Assembly (NCBI RefSeq): GCF_009914755.1
Contig: NC_060943.1
Reading direction: 5' to 3' (one strand)
Origin: the human T2T-CHM13v2.0 reference genome, Homo sapiens
DNA: 64,000 nucleotides
Shown here: piece after piece, positions 49,774-64,000 of the stretch
Position numbering within the stretch: the stretch's first letter is position 1
Layout: each line of letters begins with the position of its first letter
Made by a program: the position numbers and the translations under genes
Notes under the pieces: generated by a model
The model's input: the letters and a program-made list of their open reading frames with translations, nothing else
Database searches by the model: none
What the model was told of the DNA's origin: nothing

Positions 49774-49989
<216 letters not shown>

Positions 49990-50099
49990 TGATCTGCCCG
50001 CCTCGTCCTCCCAAAGTGCTGGGATTACAGGTGTGAGCCACCATGCCCAGCCACCACATTCAAATTGTATCCACTGTATCCTTTATTAAAGACCTTATT

Positions 50100-50710
50100 C
50101 TGTTTCCACCCCAACTGGGTTTGCTGCAGTTCACTTCTGACACTATTCAGGATGTGGAGACCTCACAGTCTTCCATAGTACTGTCCTCACCTCAGATGCC
50201 AGCTGCAAGTCTTGGGAGTCCCCCGGCTACCTGCAGGTCAGCCAGCTAACAGCAATAAATTAAGGGGTTTCCAAGGTCTCAGGTTCAATAATTTGTTAGA
50301 ATGACTCATAGAAATCAGGAAAGCTCTGTATTTAAAGCTACAGTTTTATTAGGATACATATTTGAGCAAGATCTGGAACTGGACAGTTTCCATGCCCTCT
50401 CCCTGTGGAGTCAGTTTGTCACTCTCCTATCACATCAGTGCATTTACCAACCAGAAAGCTCCACTGAATTTACTGCCCAGCATTTTTATTGAGGTTTTAT
50501 TACACAGGCACAATTGATTAAATCTGTGCCACTCAATCTCTAGCCTCTCTACACTTCTCAGAGGTCAAGCAGCTGCAAGTCCCACCCTTGTAATCACAAG
50601 CTAGTGTTTCTGGTAATCAGACCCCACCCTGAAGCTTTCTAAGGTCCTACCATGAATTACCTTATTAGCATAACAAAGACCTCCTGTCAGGAAATTCCAA
50701 GTGTTTTTGA
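50100..50710. mobile_element. MER21-like LTR
   Basis: ttctgacacta...cctcacctcagatgccagctgcaagt...ctcaggttcaataatttgttagaatgactca...ttagcataacaaagac...ggaaattccaag. Confidence 0.6.
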
Positions 50711-50861
50711 AGCTCAGTGTGGGGCTTTATTATACCTCAGAGCCAAAGAATCTTCCCCATATGCATTTATTTCTCTCAGGAGACCTTTAATGGAGGCTAG
50801 AAAATGATCCACTTCATGTTACACATATTGTATGATATACTTATCTCTTATGTACACACGC

Positions 50862-51447
50862 ATACTTATATAGATATATGTATATCATATATATCTATAT
50901 AAGTATATATATACTATATAGTATGTCTATATATACTATATAAATATATATACTTATCTATATATACTATAAAGATACTATATATAGTATAGATACTATA
51001 TATACTATATAGATACTATATATAGTATAGATACTATACTATATATGGTATCTATACTATATATAGTATAGTATCTATATAGTATCTATACTATATATAG
51101 TATAGTATCTATATATAGTATATATAGTTTCTATACTATATAGTATATATAGTACTATAGTATCTAGATACTATATATACTATATATACTATATAAGTAT
51201 ACTTTTATAGTATATATAGATACTACATATAGTATCTATATCTATATATGTCTAAGATATATCATATCTATATAAGTATACTTATATAGTATATATAGAT
51301 ACTATAGTATACTTATATATAGATACTATAGTATACTTATATAAGTATACTTATATAGATATGTGATATATCTTAGACATATATAGATATAGATACTATA
51401 TGTAGTATCTATATATACTATAAAAGTATACTTATGTACATATATAT
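50862..51447. repeat. AT-rich palindromic repeat with nested inverted repeats
   Basis: Arms at 51193-51288 and 51338-51435 are reverse complements except for one 2-nt indel; further hairpins centred near 50883 and 51040. Confidence 0.92.
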
Positions 51448-51717
51448 GGCCAGTCATGTTTTAATATGGAAAATAGCCCAACCATTGTATATTTACCAGC
51501 CTTTCCAGTTGATTCTGATCCACATCCATATTTGAGTATCATTGTAGTAACTTATTTGCGTAGTTACCTTCCTCTGCTTCCTGCATTATCTTACTAATTT
51601 CTTTGTCTTTCTTGTCCATTTTTTCAGATAACACAGATATCCTTGTGAACCCTGTGTCATTTACCTAGTAGATACTATTCTTACTTTAATTTTTCCATTT
51701 CTATTATAAAAGTTTAA

Positions 51718-52973
<1,256 letters not shown>

Positions 52974-53300
52974 GCCCCTGTCACCTTCCTCATATTTTAA
53001 ACCAAAAATCATGTCTAATAGTTACCCTCTTCCGTAGTTTTTTTTAAAACTTTGTATTTAAATTTTGTATCCAAATGTATTTCATTCCAGGTTATAAATT
53101 CGGAGTCTAAAGTGACATTCCCTCTCTCCCCCAGTCATATACCGATGCCAGCTGTTCTATAATTCTTTCATTCATTGTTTTGTTCTACTTTCTTGGTGAC
53201 ACATTATACTCATGTTTATATTTGCTTGTGTTTTTAGAGCTATCTTTTCTGATCTGTGTATTTGTGTTTGCACCAGTATCACACTGTTTGAATTGTGTGA

Positions 53301-53717
<417 letters not shown>

Positions 53718-54280
53718 TAGGCTGGAGTGCAATGGTGCAATCTCGGCTCGTCACAACCTTCGCCTCCCAGGTTCAAGTGGTTCTTCTGCCTCAGCCTTTT
53801 GAGTAGTTGGGATTACAGGCATGTGCCACAACACCCGGCTAATTTTTTGTATTTTTAGTAGAGACGGGGTTTCACCATGTTAGCCAGGATGGTCTCAATC
53901 TCCCGACTTCAGGTGATCCACCCGCCTCGGCCTCCGAAAGTGCTGGGATTACAGGCGTGAGCCACTGCGGCCGGTCTTTTTATTTTACAAATGTACATTT
54001 TTAATTGTTAAGCCAAAATCACAAAGCAAAAAATTACAAACTAAAAAGCCAAAATTAATTGTAATCATACTTATAGATGGCTGCTCTCAATTTGGTAGAG
54101 AAAATCGTGCTATACTTTGCTTTTTTAAGAAAGTGTAATTATGATATGCATGCTGTACCCTTAACTGCTTTTATCATGCCAAAGATTTCATGAGTGCCAT
54201 TTCAGTAAATATAGATTTTTATTATTTTCATGACATATTTAATGACTTTAAAATGACTATTCCCATTATGGTTGCCACTA

Positions 54281-54607
<327 letters not shown>

Positions 54608-55095
54608 TTATTTTTACTTTTAAAACATTTATTTTAATTGCTAAAATTATCTACATTTTCTCCTTGTGAGCTGTTTTGTTCCCTTACATCAATCCTAATC
54701 CCAATGCCATACTAGAAAGTAACACTGTTATGAAAGTGTTATTTATCAATCCAGATATTAATTTTTTGTTTGTTTGTTTGTTTTTTTTTTTGAGATGGAG
54801 TTCACTCTGTTGCCCAGGCTGAAGTGCAGTGGCACAATCTCAGTTCACCACAACTGCTGCCTCCCGGGTTCAAGCGATTCTCCTGCCTCAGCCTTCCTAG
54901 TATCTGAGACTACAGGCGCACGACACCATGCCTGGCTAATTTTTGTATTTTTAGTAGAGACAGGGTTTCACTATGTTGGCCAGGCTGGTCTTGAACTCTT
55001 GACCTTGTGATCCACCCACCTCGGCCTCCCAAAGTTCGGGGATTACAGGTGTGAGCCACTGTGCCCGGTCAATTATTTTTTCTTATAGCTATTAG

Positions 55096-55254
<159 letters not shown>

Positions 55255-55761
55255 TAGCTAATTTTTGTATTATTAGTAGAGATGGGGTTTCACCATATTG
55301 GCCAGGCTGCTCTCAAACTCCTGACCTCGTGATCCTCCTGCCTTGGCTTCCCAAAGTGCTGGGATTATAGGTGTGAGCCACCGCCCCTGGCTGTTAGTGG
55401 TATTTTAAAAAATTATGTCTAGGCATCTATAATAAGGCTGTATGTATTGGATTGCTGTGAAGAGTCAATGAATTAATAAATGCAAAGTACCTCAAACTGT
55501 TATCACATAATACAGGTTTAGTAAAAGTTTTCCACTATTATCAGTGATATACTCATTATCATAAGTATCTTCATTAGGATTTATGGAAAGGATTTTAACC
55601 ATGTTGTTTACCTTTGGCAAATTTGTAATTCATGGTGGAAAAAGAGAAACACTTGTAATGAGTATAACGAAGCCTTTCCCTATCATTATTATTCAGTGTG
55701 GAATTTTAAAAGGAAGAGAAAAAGTATGTGTGCATAGTCTTTGTTCAGACTTTATCTTTTA

Positions 55762-55977
<216 letters not shown>

Positions 55978-57327
55978 TCAAGAGGCTGAGGTGGGAGGAT
56001 TGCTTGAACCTGGGAGTTGGAGGTTATAGTGAGCTGAGATTGCACCACTGCACACTCCAGACTGGGTGACAGAGCGAGACTCTGTCTTACAAAATAAAAA
56101 ATAAACGGTTACCAATCTGAAACCCTGAAAATATGATGAGTAGTAGAAAGCACAGCTGTCAAAAAAGCAGGAAGAGATTATAAAATTTTTTCTAATATTT
56201 CCCCCCAAAATGCAGAAAACATACTGGCAACATTATTTGACCAGAGGAAGCAGTACAATAGGATAACCATCAAATATCTGATTATTAATTCAATATTCCC
56301 TCTTAATTAACATGGGTTAAGGAATAAATCCCTAATATATACATTATTTAAATGTACATGAAAATGAAAACAATTGAAAAACCTGTGAGTGGCAGTAAAA
56401 GTTGTATTGGAAGTTTTATAACCTAATATTTGTGCATATATTGTAATACTAGGAAGAAAAAATATAGAACCCAAGGAACTAAAACAAGCTGAAATGAATT
56501 GTGGGAGGAAGGAGGTAGTATTATTTTAAAAGGCAGAAATAATTGAAAGAAAAAAACTGGATCTGAATCCAAAATTGATATTTGATGGAAGAGAAAAAAA
56601 ATGAGACAAAGTTTAGTGATTCCAGAGGTGAAATAAGGATGACAAATAAACAATATTGTATATGAGAAATTGAAATGGCTATATATGTAAACTTAAAAGA
56701 ACTGTGTCATTTGGGGTAATGAAAATGTGGCATGGGTAAAGGTTGTACAATTTTGTTTATATACTACAGGTCACTCAACTATACACTTTAAAAGGGTGAA
56801 TATTATGCTGTGTGAATTTGATCTCAATTTAAAAACTTAAGGCTGGGTGCAGTGGCTCATGCCTGTAATTCCAGCACTTTGGGAGGCTGAGGTAGGAGAA
56901 TGGCTTGAGGCCAGGAGTTCAAGACCAGTCTAGGTAACATAATGAGATCCCCCTCCCCTCATCTCTACAGAAAAAAAAAAAAATTAAAACAACAAACTTA
57001 AAAGTTGGTATTATAGACATTTTTATAATATATCTGAAAATCTGGAAAAAGTCTGTGATTTTTAATAAGTTGACGACATCAGAATTAACTGGAGGTGTAA
57101 AATCTTAATAGACCTCCCTCCAGAATAAACTTATTTAAAAAAATAAGACTGGCCAGGCATGGTGGCTCACGCCTGTAATCTCAGCATTCTGTGAGGCCAA
57201 GGCGGGTGGATCACCTGAGGTCGGGGATTTGAGACCAGCCTGACCAACATGGAGAAACCCTGTCTCTACTAAAAATACAAAAAATTAGCCGGGCGTGGTG
57301 GCTCATGCCTGTAATCCCGGCTACTCA

Positions 57328-57480
<153 letters not shown>

Positions 57481-58015
57481 TCAAATTGCTACACTAAAAA
57501 AGACACCAAGGTAGAGATTTTTATAGGTGAAATCTATGAAATGTCTTAGGAAACTCTTCTAGGACATAGACTGAGATAGCAAATTATCTATTTTTAAAAT
57601 TTGTCATAATCCTGATGTTACAACCTACTAGAACCCAAAACAATTTGTCCAGAATCAGTTATGAAAATACAGCATTATAAATTAGCAAATCAAATCTAGT
57701 AACCCATTGAAAATAAATATTTGTCACATTCTGAATTTAGGAAAAAACAATTCTGATAAATCAAACTTTCTACTTTCTGAAACTTGAAAATCAAATTGAT
57801 TTAGATAAGATTGTATTTCTTAGTGTCTGAACTCAGGAACCAAATAGATGTGGATAGCATGGGATTTTTGGAATACAAGATAAGATAATTTACATGGGAT
57901 TGCAAAAGTTCAAATAACTAAAGTTCTGTCAATGAAAATATATGCTCTAACCTCAACATCTTCTAGATGAACCCTTTTTTCTAGCAGTATTTGACAGGAT
58001 GGGATATATTTTATA

Positions 58016-58021
58016 AATAAA
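58016..58021 (+). terminator. Candidate distal poly(A) signal of the long ZNF383 3'UTR
   Basis: AATAAA in non-repeat sequence followed by U-rich sequence (tgttcattcattt); implies a 3'UTR of ~5 kb. Confidence 0.5.
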
Positions 58022-58154
58022 CTTGGACTATTATCCTATCTGCTGCAGTATCACTGTTCATTCATTTATGCCCTTTACTTCCTACTTGAAGGGTCTTTAA
58101 ACATAGCCAACATATCCAATCATTGCTGTGCATTTTGGATGAGGGTGGATTGCG

Positions 58155-58217
58155 GGGCTGCATTCAAAGCCATCCTGGGCCACATGCAGCCTATGGAGCG
58201 TGGGTTGGATGAGCTTG
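58155..58217. mobile_element. MER30 terminal fragment
   Basis: gggctgcattcaaagccatcctgggccacatgcagcc...gggttggatgagcttg. Confidence 0.6.
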
Positions 58218-58525
58218 ATGTACCACGTTTTCTTTATCCAGTCTACCATTGATGGGCACCTGGGTTGATTCCCCATCATTGCTATTGTGAATAGTGCTGC
58301 GATCAACATACAAGTGCATTTGTCTTTTTGGTAGAATGATTTCTTTTCTTTTGGGTAGATACACAGTAATGGGATTGCTGGGTCAAATGGTAGCTCTGTT
58401 TTAAGTTCTCTGAGAAATCTCCAGGCTGCTTTTCACACTGGCTGGACTATTTTATGCTCTCACCAACAGTGTATAAGCATTCTCTTTTCTCCGCAGCCTC
58501 ACCAGCATCAGTTGTTTTTTGACTT
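58218..58525 (-). mobile_element. L1P(B) ORF2 3' fragment
   Basis: Translates to [30 protein letters not shown]. Confidence 0.85.
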
Positions 58526-58968
58526 TTTGTTTGAGACAGAGTCTCGCTGTGTCACCCAGGCTGGAGTACAGTGGCATGATCTTGGCTAACTGCAACCTCC
58601 GCCTGTTGGGCTCAAACAATTCTCCCACTTTGGCGTCCCAAGTACCTGGGATTACAGGTACATGCCACCGCACCCACCTAATTTTTGTATTTTTTGTACA
58701 GATGTGGTTTCACCATGTTGCCTAGGCTGGTCTCAAACTCCTGGGTTCAAGCAATCCCCTACCTTGGCCTCCCAAACTGCTAGGATTACAGGAGTGAGCC
58801 ACGGCACCCAGCTTATATTTGTGTATACGTTAAATTGTATATGTTATTTTATGTATGTGTATATATTAAGTTGTAGATTCACATATATAATTATATACAC
58901 ATATATTACATTATATGCACATATATTTGTTTACTCGTGCAATTTGTCCCAGCAGAAGTAAAAACTCA

Positions 58969-59163
<195 letters not shown>

Positions 59164-59166
59164 TCA

Positions 59167-59271
<105 letters not shown>

Positions 59272-59493
59272 TCAAAAAAAAAAAAAAGTATTATTTTTGG
59301 TGCAAAAGTACTTTAACATCTTAAATGCTCATATAATGGAAGATACTTTAACTCTTAGAAAGAATGAGTTAGCTCCCTTTCTACTCTAAAGGTATCCTAA
59401 TATCTTTGTACCTGAAGTGGTGTCTGATTCAAATTGTTATATTAAAAAAGGAAAATGCTTTATAATAATAATAATAATAAAAGAAACTTTATA

Positions 59494-60216
59494 TAGTAGC
59501 CCTCCCTTATCTGCAGGAGATGTGTTCTAAGACCCGCAGAGGATGTATGAAACCGTGGATAGTATGACCCAATTGCTGTCGATCAGAACACATTTCTGTT
59601 TATGTTTTCCAAGCACAAATTTAATGTTTTTTTTTTTTAATCTTAACTAAGCACTTATCACACGTGGCTGTATTTTTTAGAGCTTGGGGTTCAACAAACA
59701 AGACTAGCAGAAATTTCTTTTCCTCCTTACACTTTCACAGCTAGAAGATTTGTTCTTACCATAGATCTTAGCAACCTCAGCACACGACTTATTTTCCTTA
59801 TTCAGTCAAGAATTTTCACATTTTCACTTAAAGGAAACACTTTAGGGCTCCTCTTCTGCATATCTAAATTGACAGCATCACTACTCTTGCATTTTAGGGC
59901 CATCATTAGGTACAATTAGCGTCACTTAAACACAAGCGCTGTGATACTGCGGCAGTCAGTCTGATAACCAAGTTGGCTACTCACCGACTAAGGGTAGCGC
60001 ATACAGCGTGCATCTGCTGAACAAAGGGGTGTTCATATCCCAGGCAGAATAAAGCAGGACAGTGAGATATTTCATCACGCTCCTCAGAACAGCCCACAAT
60101 TTAAAGCTTATGAATTGTTTCTTTCGGGAATCTTGCATTTAATATTTTCAGACCACAATTTACTGTGGGTAACCGAAACTGTGGGAAGTAGAACCATGAA
60201 TAAAGGGGGACTACTG
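59494..60216. mobile_element. MER44/Tigger7-derived DNA transposon (~720 bp)
   Basis: Terminal inverted repeats (c)AGTAGCCCTCCCTTATC...ATAAAGGGGGACTACTG|ta. Confidence 0.8.
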
Positions 60217-60979
60217 TATATGCTTCTGTATGTGTGTAAATACTTACATGAATCGTGGAGAACATAATGGGAAGATGCTCATCATCTTGTTAACTCGTTA
60301 TTTCAAGAGTGGAACTGGAGGGGGAATACTGCCTTTCCTTTATATTTATTTGTAATATTTCATTTTCATTATGAACATGTGTTATTTTAGTATTTTTAAA
60401 TATTAATAAAGACAGGCAAAAACATGTAATTTTAATTCAAGCTGAAATCTTCAAGGCAATCATATATAATTAAACAGAGCAAATAAAACATTCTAAATCC
60501 TTGAAGGGAAAGGGGAAAAGAAAGCACAATGTAAAAACCAAGTGAATCTAAACGCAACAATATATCATAATGCCTAAGTTCGTGGGACCAATTCCAATCC
60601 AGTCCAAGGAAGCAGAGACTGGCGAGCAACATTCCCTTTCAGGCCCCTGCAGGGTCAAGAGCATGCTCCTGGAATAGACTGAGAAACTAGGGCAGGCTAA
60701 GTGAGGTGCCAGGAATAAAGACACCGCCTGACTGACACATTCTCCACTCTCCCTACACCCGCTCCTCTCACCAGCGCTTCCATCAGGCTCCAATTCCTCC
60801 CTCTTCCCAAGAGCCTCAGATTGAAACCTTGCAAGGAAGACACCCATTCTCAAAGTCACAGGCTTGGTAATCTGAGCGGCAAAGGTGAATGATCTCGTGC
60901 TCCCCCTAATCCCCACTACTCCCCTCGCCACTGCTGCCTAGCACCAGCCCCTCCTCCATAATTTGAACTGTCCTCCCAG

Positions 60980-61500
60980 GACTTGGAGGCGGGTCGGCCC
61001 AAGCACTTCTTACTGGCCAACATGGAGCAAACCTCCCCTCTCTTGCACATCCATTGGCTAAAAGATCTGTCTACTTAAGTCTGACTGCCACCTTCCCTTC
61101 TTTCTGTGCTGCCTGGATAGGACTGTCAGCTGGTCGCGTTTCCCATTGGTCACCGTTTCCGGAAGCCCGCCCCCACGTTTCCGGGAGCCCGGCGGACGCT
61201 GGGTCTGCAGATGCCATCCAGGCGCACGGCGGGTATAGTGGTTCCGCAACCTTGGGATGTTCGGCTGAGCGCCTGCCTAACATGGGAGCGCCTGCCTAAC
61301 CCTCCTGACTGGAGGGTCAGCGGCGGGGAGTCCTGGCCTTCAATCGGCCATCGCCACGGCAGAAACTGGGGCCCGGGCTGCGTCCAGGCCCTTCCCCGTC
61401 CGTCCACAGGTCTCATGGGCGCCCGGACTGGGGCTGATGTAGTTTCCCGACCTCTGACACATAGGATCTGGAGATTAAAGGTATAAAAACGGGGACTTTT
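60980..61500 (+). promoter_or_regulatory. CpG-island promoter and first exon of a lncRNA (probably LINC01535)
   Basis: Two ATTGG (NF-Y) boxes at ~61053 and ~61145; ETS palindrome TTCCGGAA at 61157-61164; GC box GCCCGCCCC; reversed ACTACA (ZNF143-type) element at ~61437-61449; possible donor AAG|gtataa at 61480/61481. No conserved coding ORF. The name is from recalled gene order only. Confidence 0.7.
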
Positions 61501-61691
61501 CAGCCCACTCAAGTAAAACACCCTTTTATTTTTCGGCAGGTGTTTTGTTGCAGAATGCCCTGAGGGGAGGGAGTGACTGCTGGGTTTCGGTTTATAAAAT
61601 AAAATAAACTCCTGATTTAGATTATGTTTAATATGGCTCCCCAACCTTTAAAAATCCCACTTTTTGCCAGTTGTATTATTTAGTGGGATGT

Positions 61692-62367
<676 letters not shown>

Positions 62368-62854
62368 TGAGTAGCTGGGATTACAGGCGCGTGTCACCAC
62401 GCCCAGCTAATTTTTGTATTTTTAGTAGAGATGGGGTTTCACCATGTTGGCCAGGATGATCTCGATCTCTTGACCTCATGATTTGCCCGCCTCGGCCTCC
62501 CAAAGTGGGTTTTGATTTTTTTTATAGTGGTAATGATTCTGTCTTCTTAACTCCTTTAAAATCTTAGTCAGTGGGCTGGGCGCTGTGGCTCATGCCTGTA
62601 ATCCTAGCACTTTGGGAGGCCGAGGCGGGTGGATCACTTGAGGTCAGGTGTCTGAGACCAGCCTGGCCAAGATGGTGAAACCCCATCTCTACTAAAAATA
62701 CAAAAATTAGCCGGGCGTGGTGGCGGGCACCTGTAATCCCAGCTACCCAGGAGGCTGAGGCACGAGAATCACTTGAACCTGGGAGGTGGAGGTTTCATTG
62801 AGCCGAGATTGTGCCACTGCACTCCAGCCTGGGCATAGAGCAAGACTCAGTCTA

Positions 62855-62857
<3 letters not shown>

Positions 62858-62911
<54 letters not shown>
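62858..62911. repeat. (TA)n microsatellite in an Alu tail
   Basis: Seen directly. Confidence 0.97.
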
Positions 62912-62915
<4 letters not shown>

Positions 62916-63664
62916 GTGGATCTCTTACTTTCACAGGATTTATTTCATAGTGTGAATGAGACACCTCCTATAGGCTCCAGGTTGCTAACTTCATGAGGTG
63001 TGAAGATTCGGTGCTTTATAAAACAGCCCCCACATTCTTCATAGGCCTGTCCTTAATTCTCAGCACCCCTCTGCTTCTGACATTGTACCTAAAATTAAGT
63101 TTTTTGTGGTTATATGAGAGCTCTGGAAATGCCCAGCATTAGCCACTAATGTTTCCGTTTGATATTTCCCCATATCTTAATAGTGACCCTCAATCCATTA
63201 CTCAGATGGGTGTCCTTTTCTTGGATGTCTGGAAACTAATACCAGCTATCCCTGTGACCTCCCTGCTGAGCCACCATTTTGTCTTTTCTCTTTTCTTGTC
63301 TACAATTGTGTTCGTAACCCTCAGCTCTTTCATGAGCAGCCTTGATGCTTTCGACTGCTTCTAACTCTGAGTTTATTACCCGCAGTTTCCATGAGCCAAG
63401 TTTAGGGGCCTGTGAGACCGTCCCATGTAAATTTTCACATTCCTCTAACCAAAATGTAGTGTTTCCTTCCATCCAGAATGTAGGCCGTAGACCCCGTGGG
63501 TATGGGGCATTGTTAACAGTGAGACCACAGCAGTTTTTATGTCATCTGACAGCATCTCCAAATAGCCTTCATGGTTGTCACTGCTTCCCAATGACAATTC
63601 CAAATAACAGTTCCCAGTGATGACTTGCTACTTGATATTGTTACTTAATATGTTAAGGTGGCTG

Positions 63665-64000
63665 TTGTAGGCACTATTACTGTGTAAGAAATTACACCAA
63701 AATTTAGTGGCTCAACACAATCATTATGTTTGTGGATTCTCATGCTCATGGTCAAGATTTCAGACAGGGCACAAGAGTGGCCTGCTGTCTCTGTCCATGA
63801 TGTCTGGCTTCAGCACGGAAGACTCAACAGCTGGGGGCTGGAACCATTTGGAGGCTTGTTCCCTTATATCTGATACCTGGCTTGGGATGTTGGAAGATGG
63901 GGCTCAGCTGGGACTGAGTGCCTACATGTAGTGTTTCCATGTGGCCTTGACTTCCTTACAGCCTGGCAGTCTCAGGGTAGTCAGAATTCTTAGGTGGCAC
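63665..64000 (-). mobile_element. MLT1F/G/H-type MaLR LTR, running off the window
   Basis: caccaaaatttagtggctcaa...ctgggggctggaaccatttggaggc...ctcagggtagtcagaattct. Confidence 0.65.

Overview
Human (primate) genomic DNA from the chr19q13.12 KRAB zinc-finger cluster, with roughly 75-80 Alu copies plus L1, LTR and DNA-transposon relics. Almost all ORFs in the supplied track are Alu, L1 or microsatellite artefacts. Gene content: (1) the 5' part of ZNF585B on the minus strand, with promoter and exon 1 at ~19386-19480 and first coding exon at 15985-16199 ([24 protein letters not shown]); its KRAB and finger exons lie left of the window. (2) The complete ZNF383 on the plus strand: CpG-island promoter at ~26700-27400, a spliced CDS of 9+127+96+1196 nt (475 aa; KRAB-A, KRAB-B, 11 C2H2 fingers), and a probable ~5 kb Alu-rich 3'UTR. 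(3) A third CpG promoter at ~61000-61500, probably a lncRNA (LINC01535 by position), followed by a truncated HERV-K LTR5. I found no clearly new biological system. The best leads are: a ~600-bp nested AT-rich palindrome (96/98-bp arms) just upstream of the ZNF383 finger exon; a ZNF383 5'UTR with an exonised Alu, uORFs and a possible alternative N-terminus; three poly(A) hexamers on the ZNF383 stop codon competing with a long inverted-Alu 3'UTR; an apparently hypermutated LTR13; an exact 29-bp ectopic copy; and a possible frameshifted paralogue of the LINC00665 micropeptide start. Gene and repeat-family names come from recalled sequences, not database searches, and repeat boundaries are approximate.
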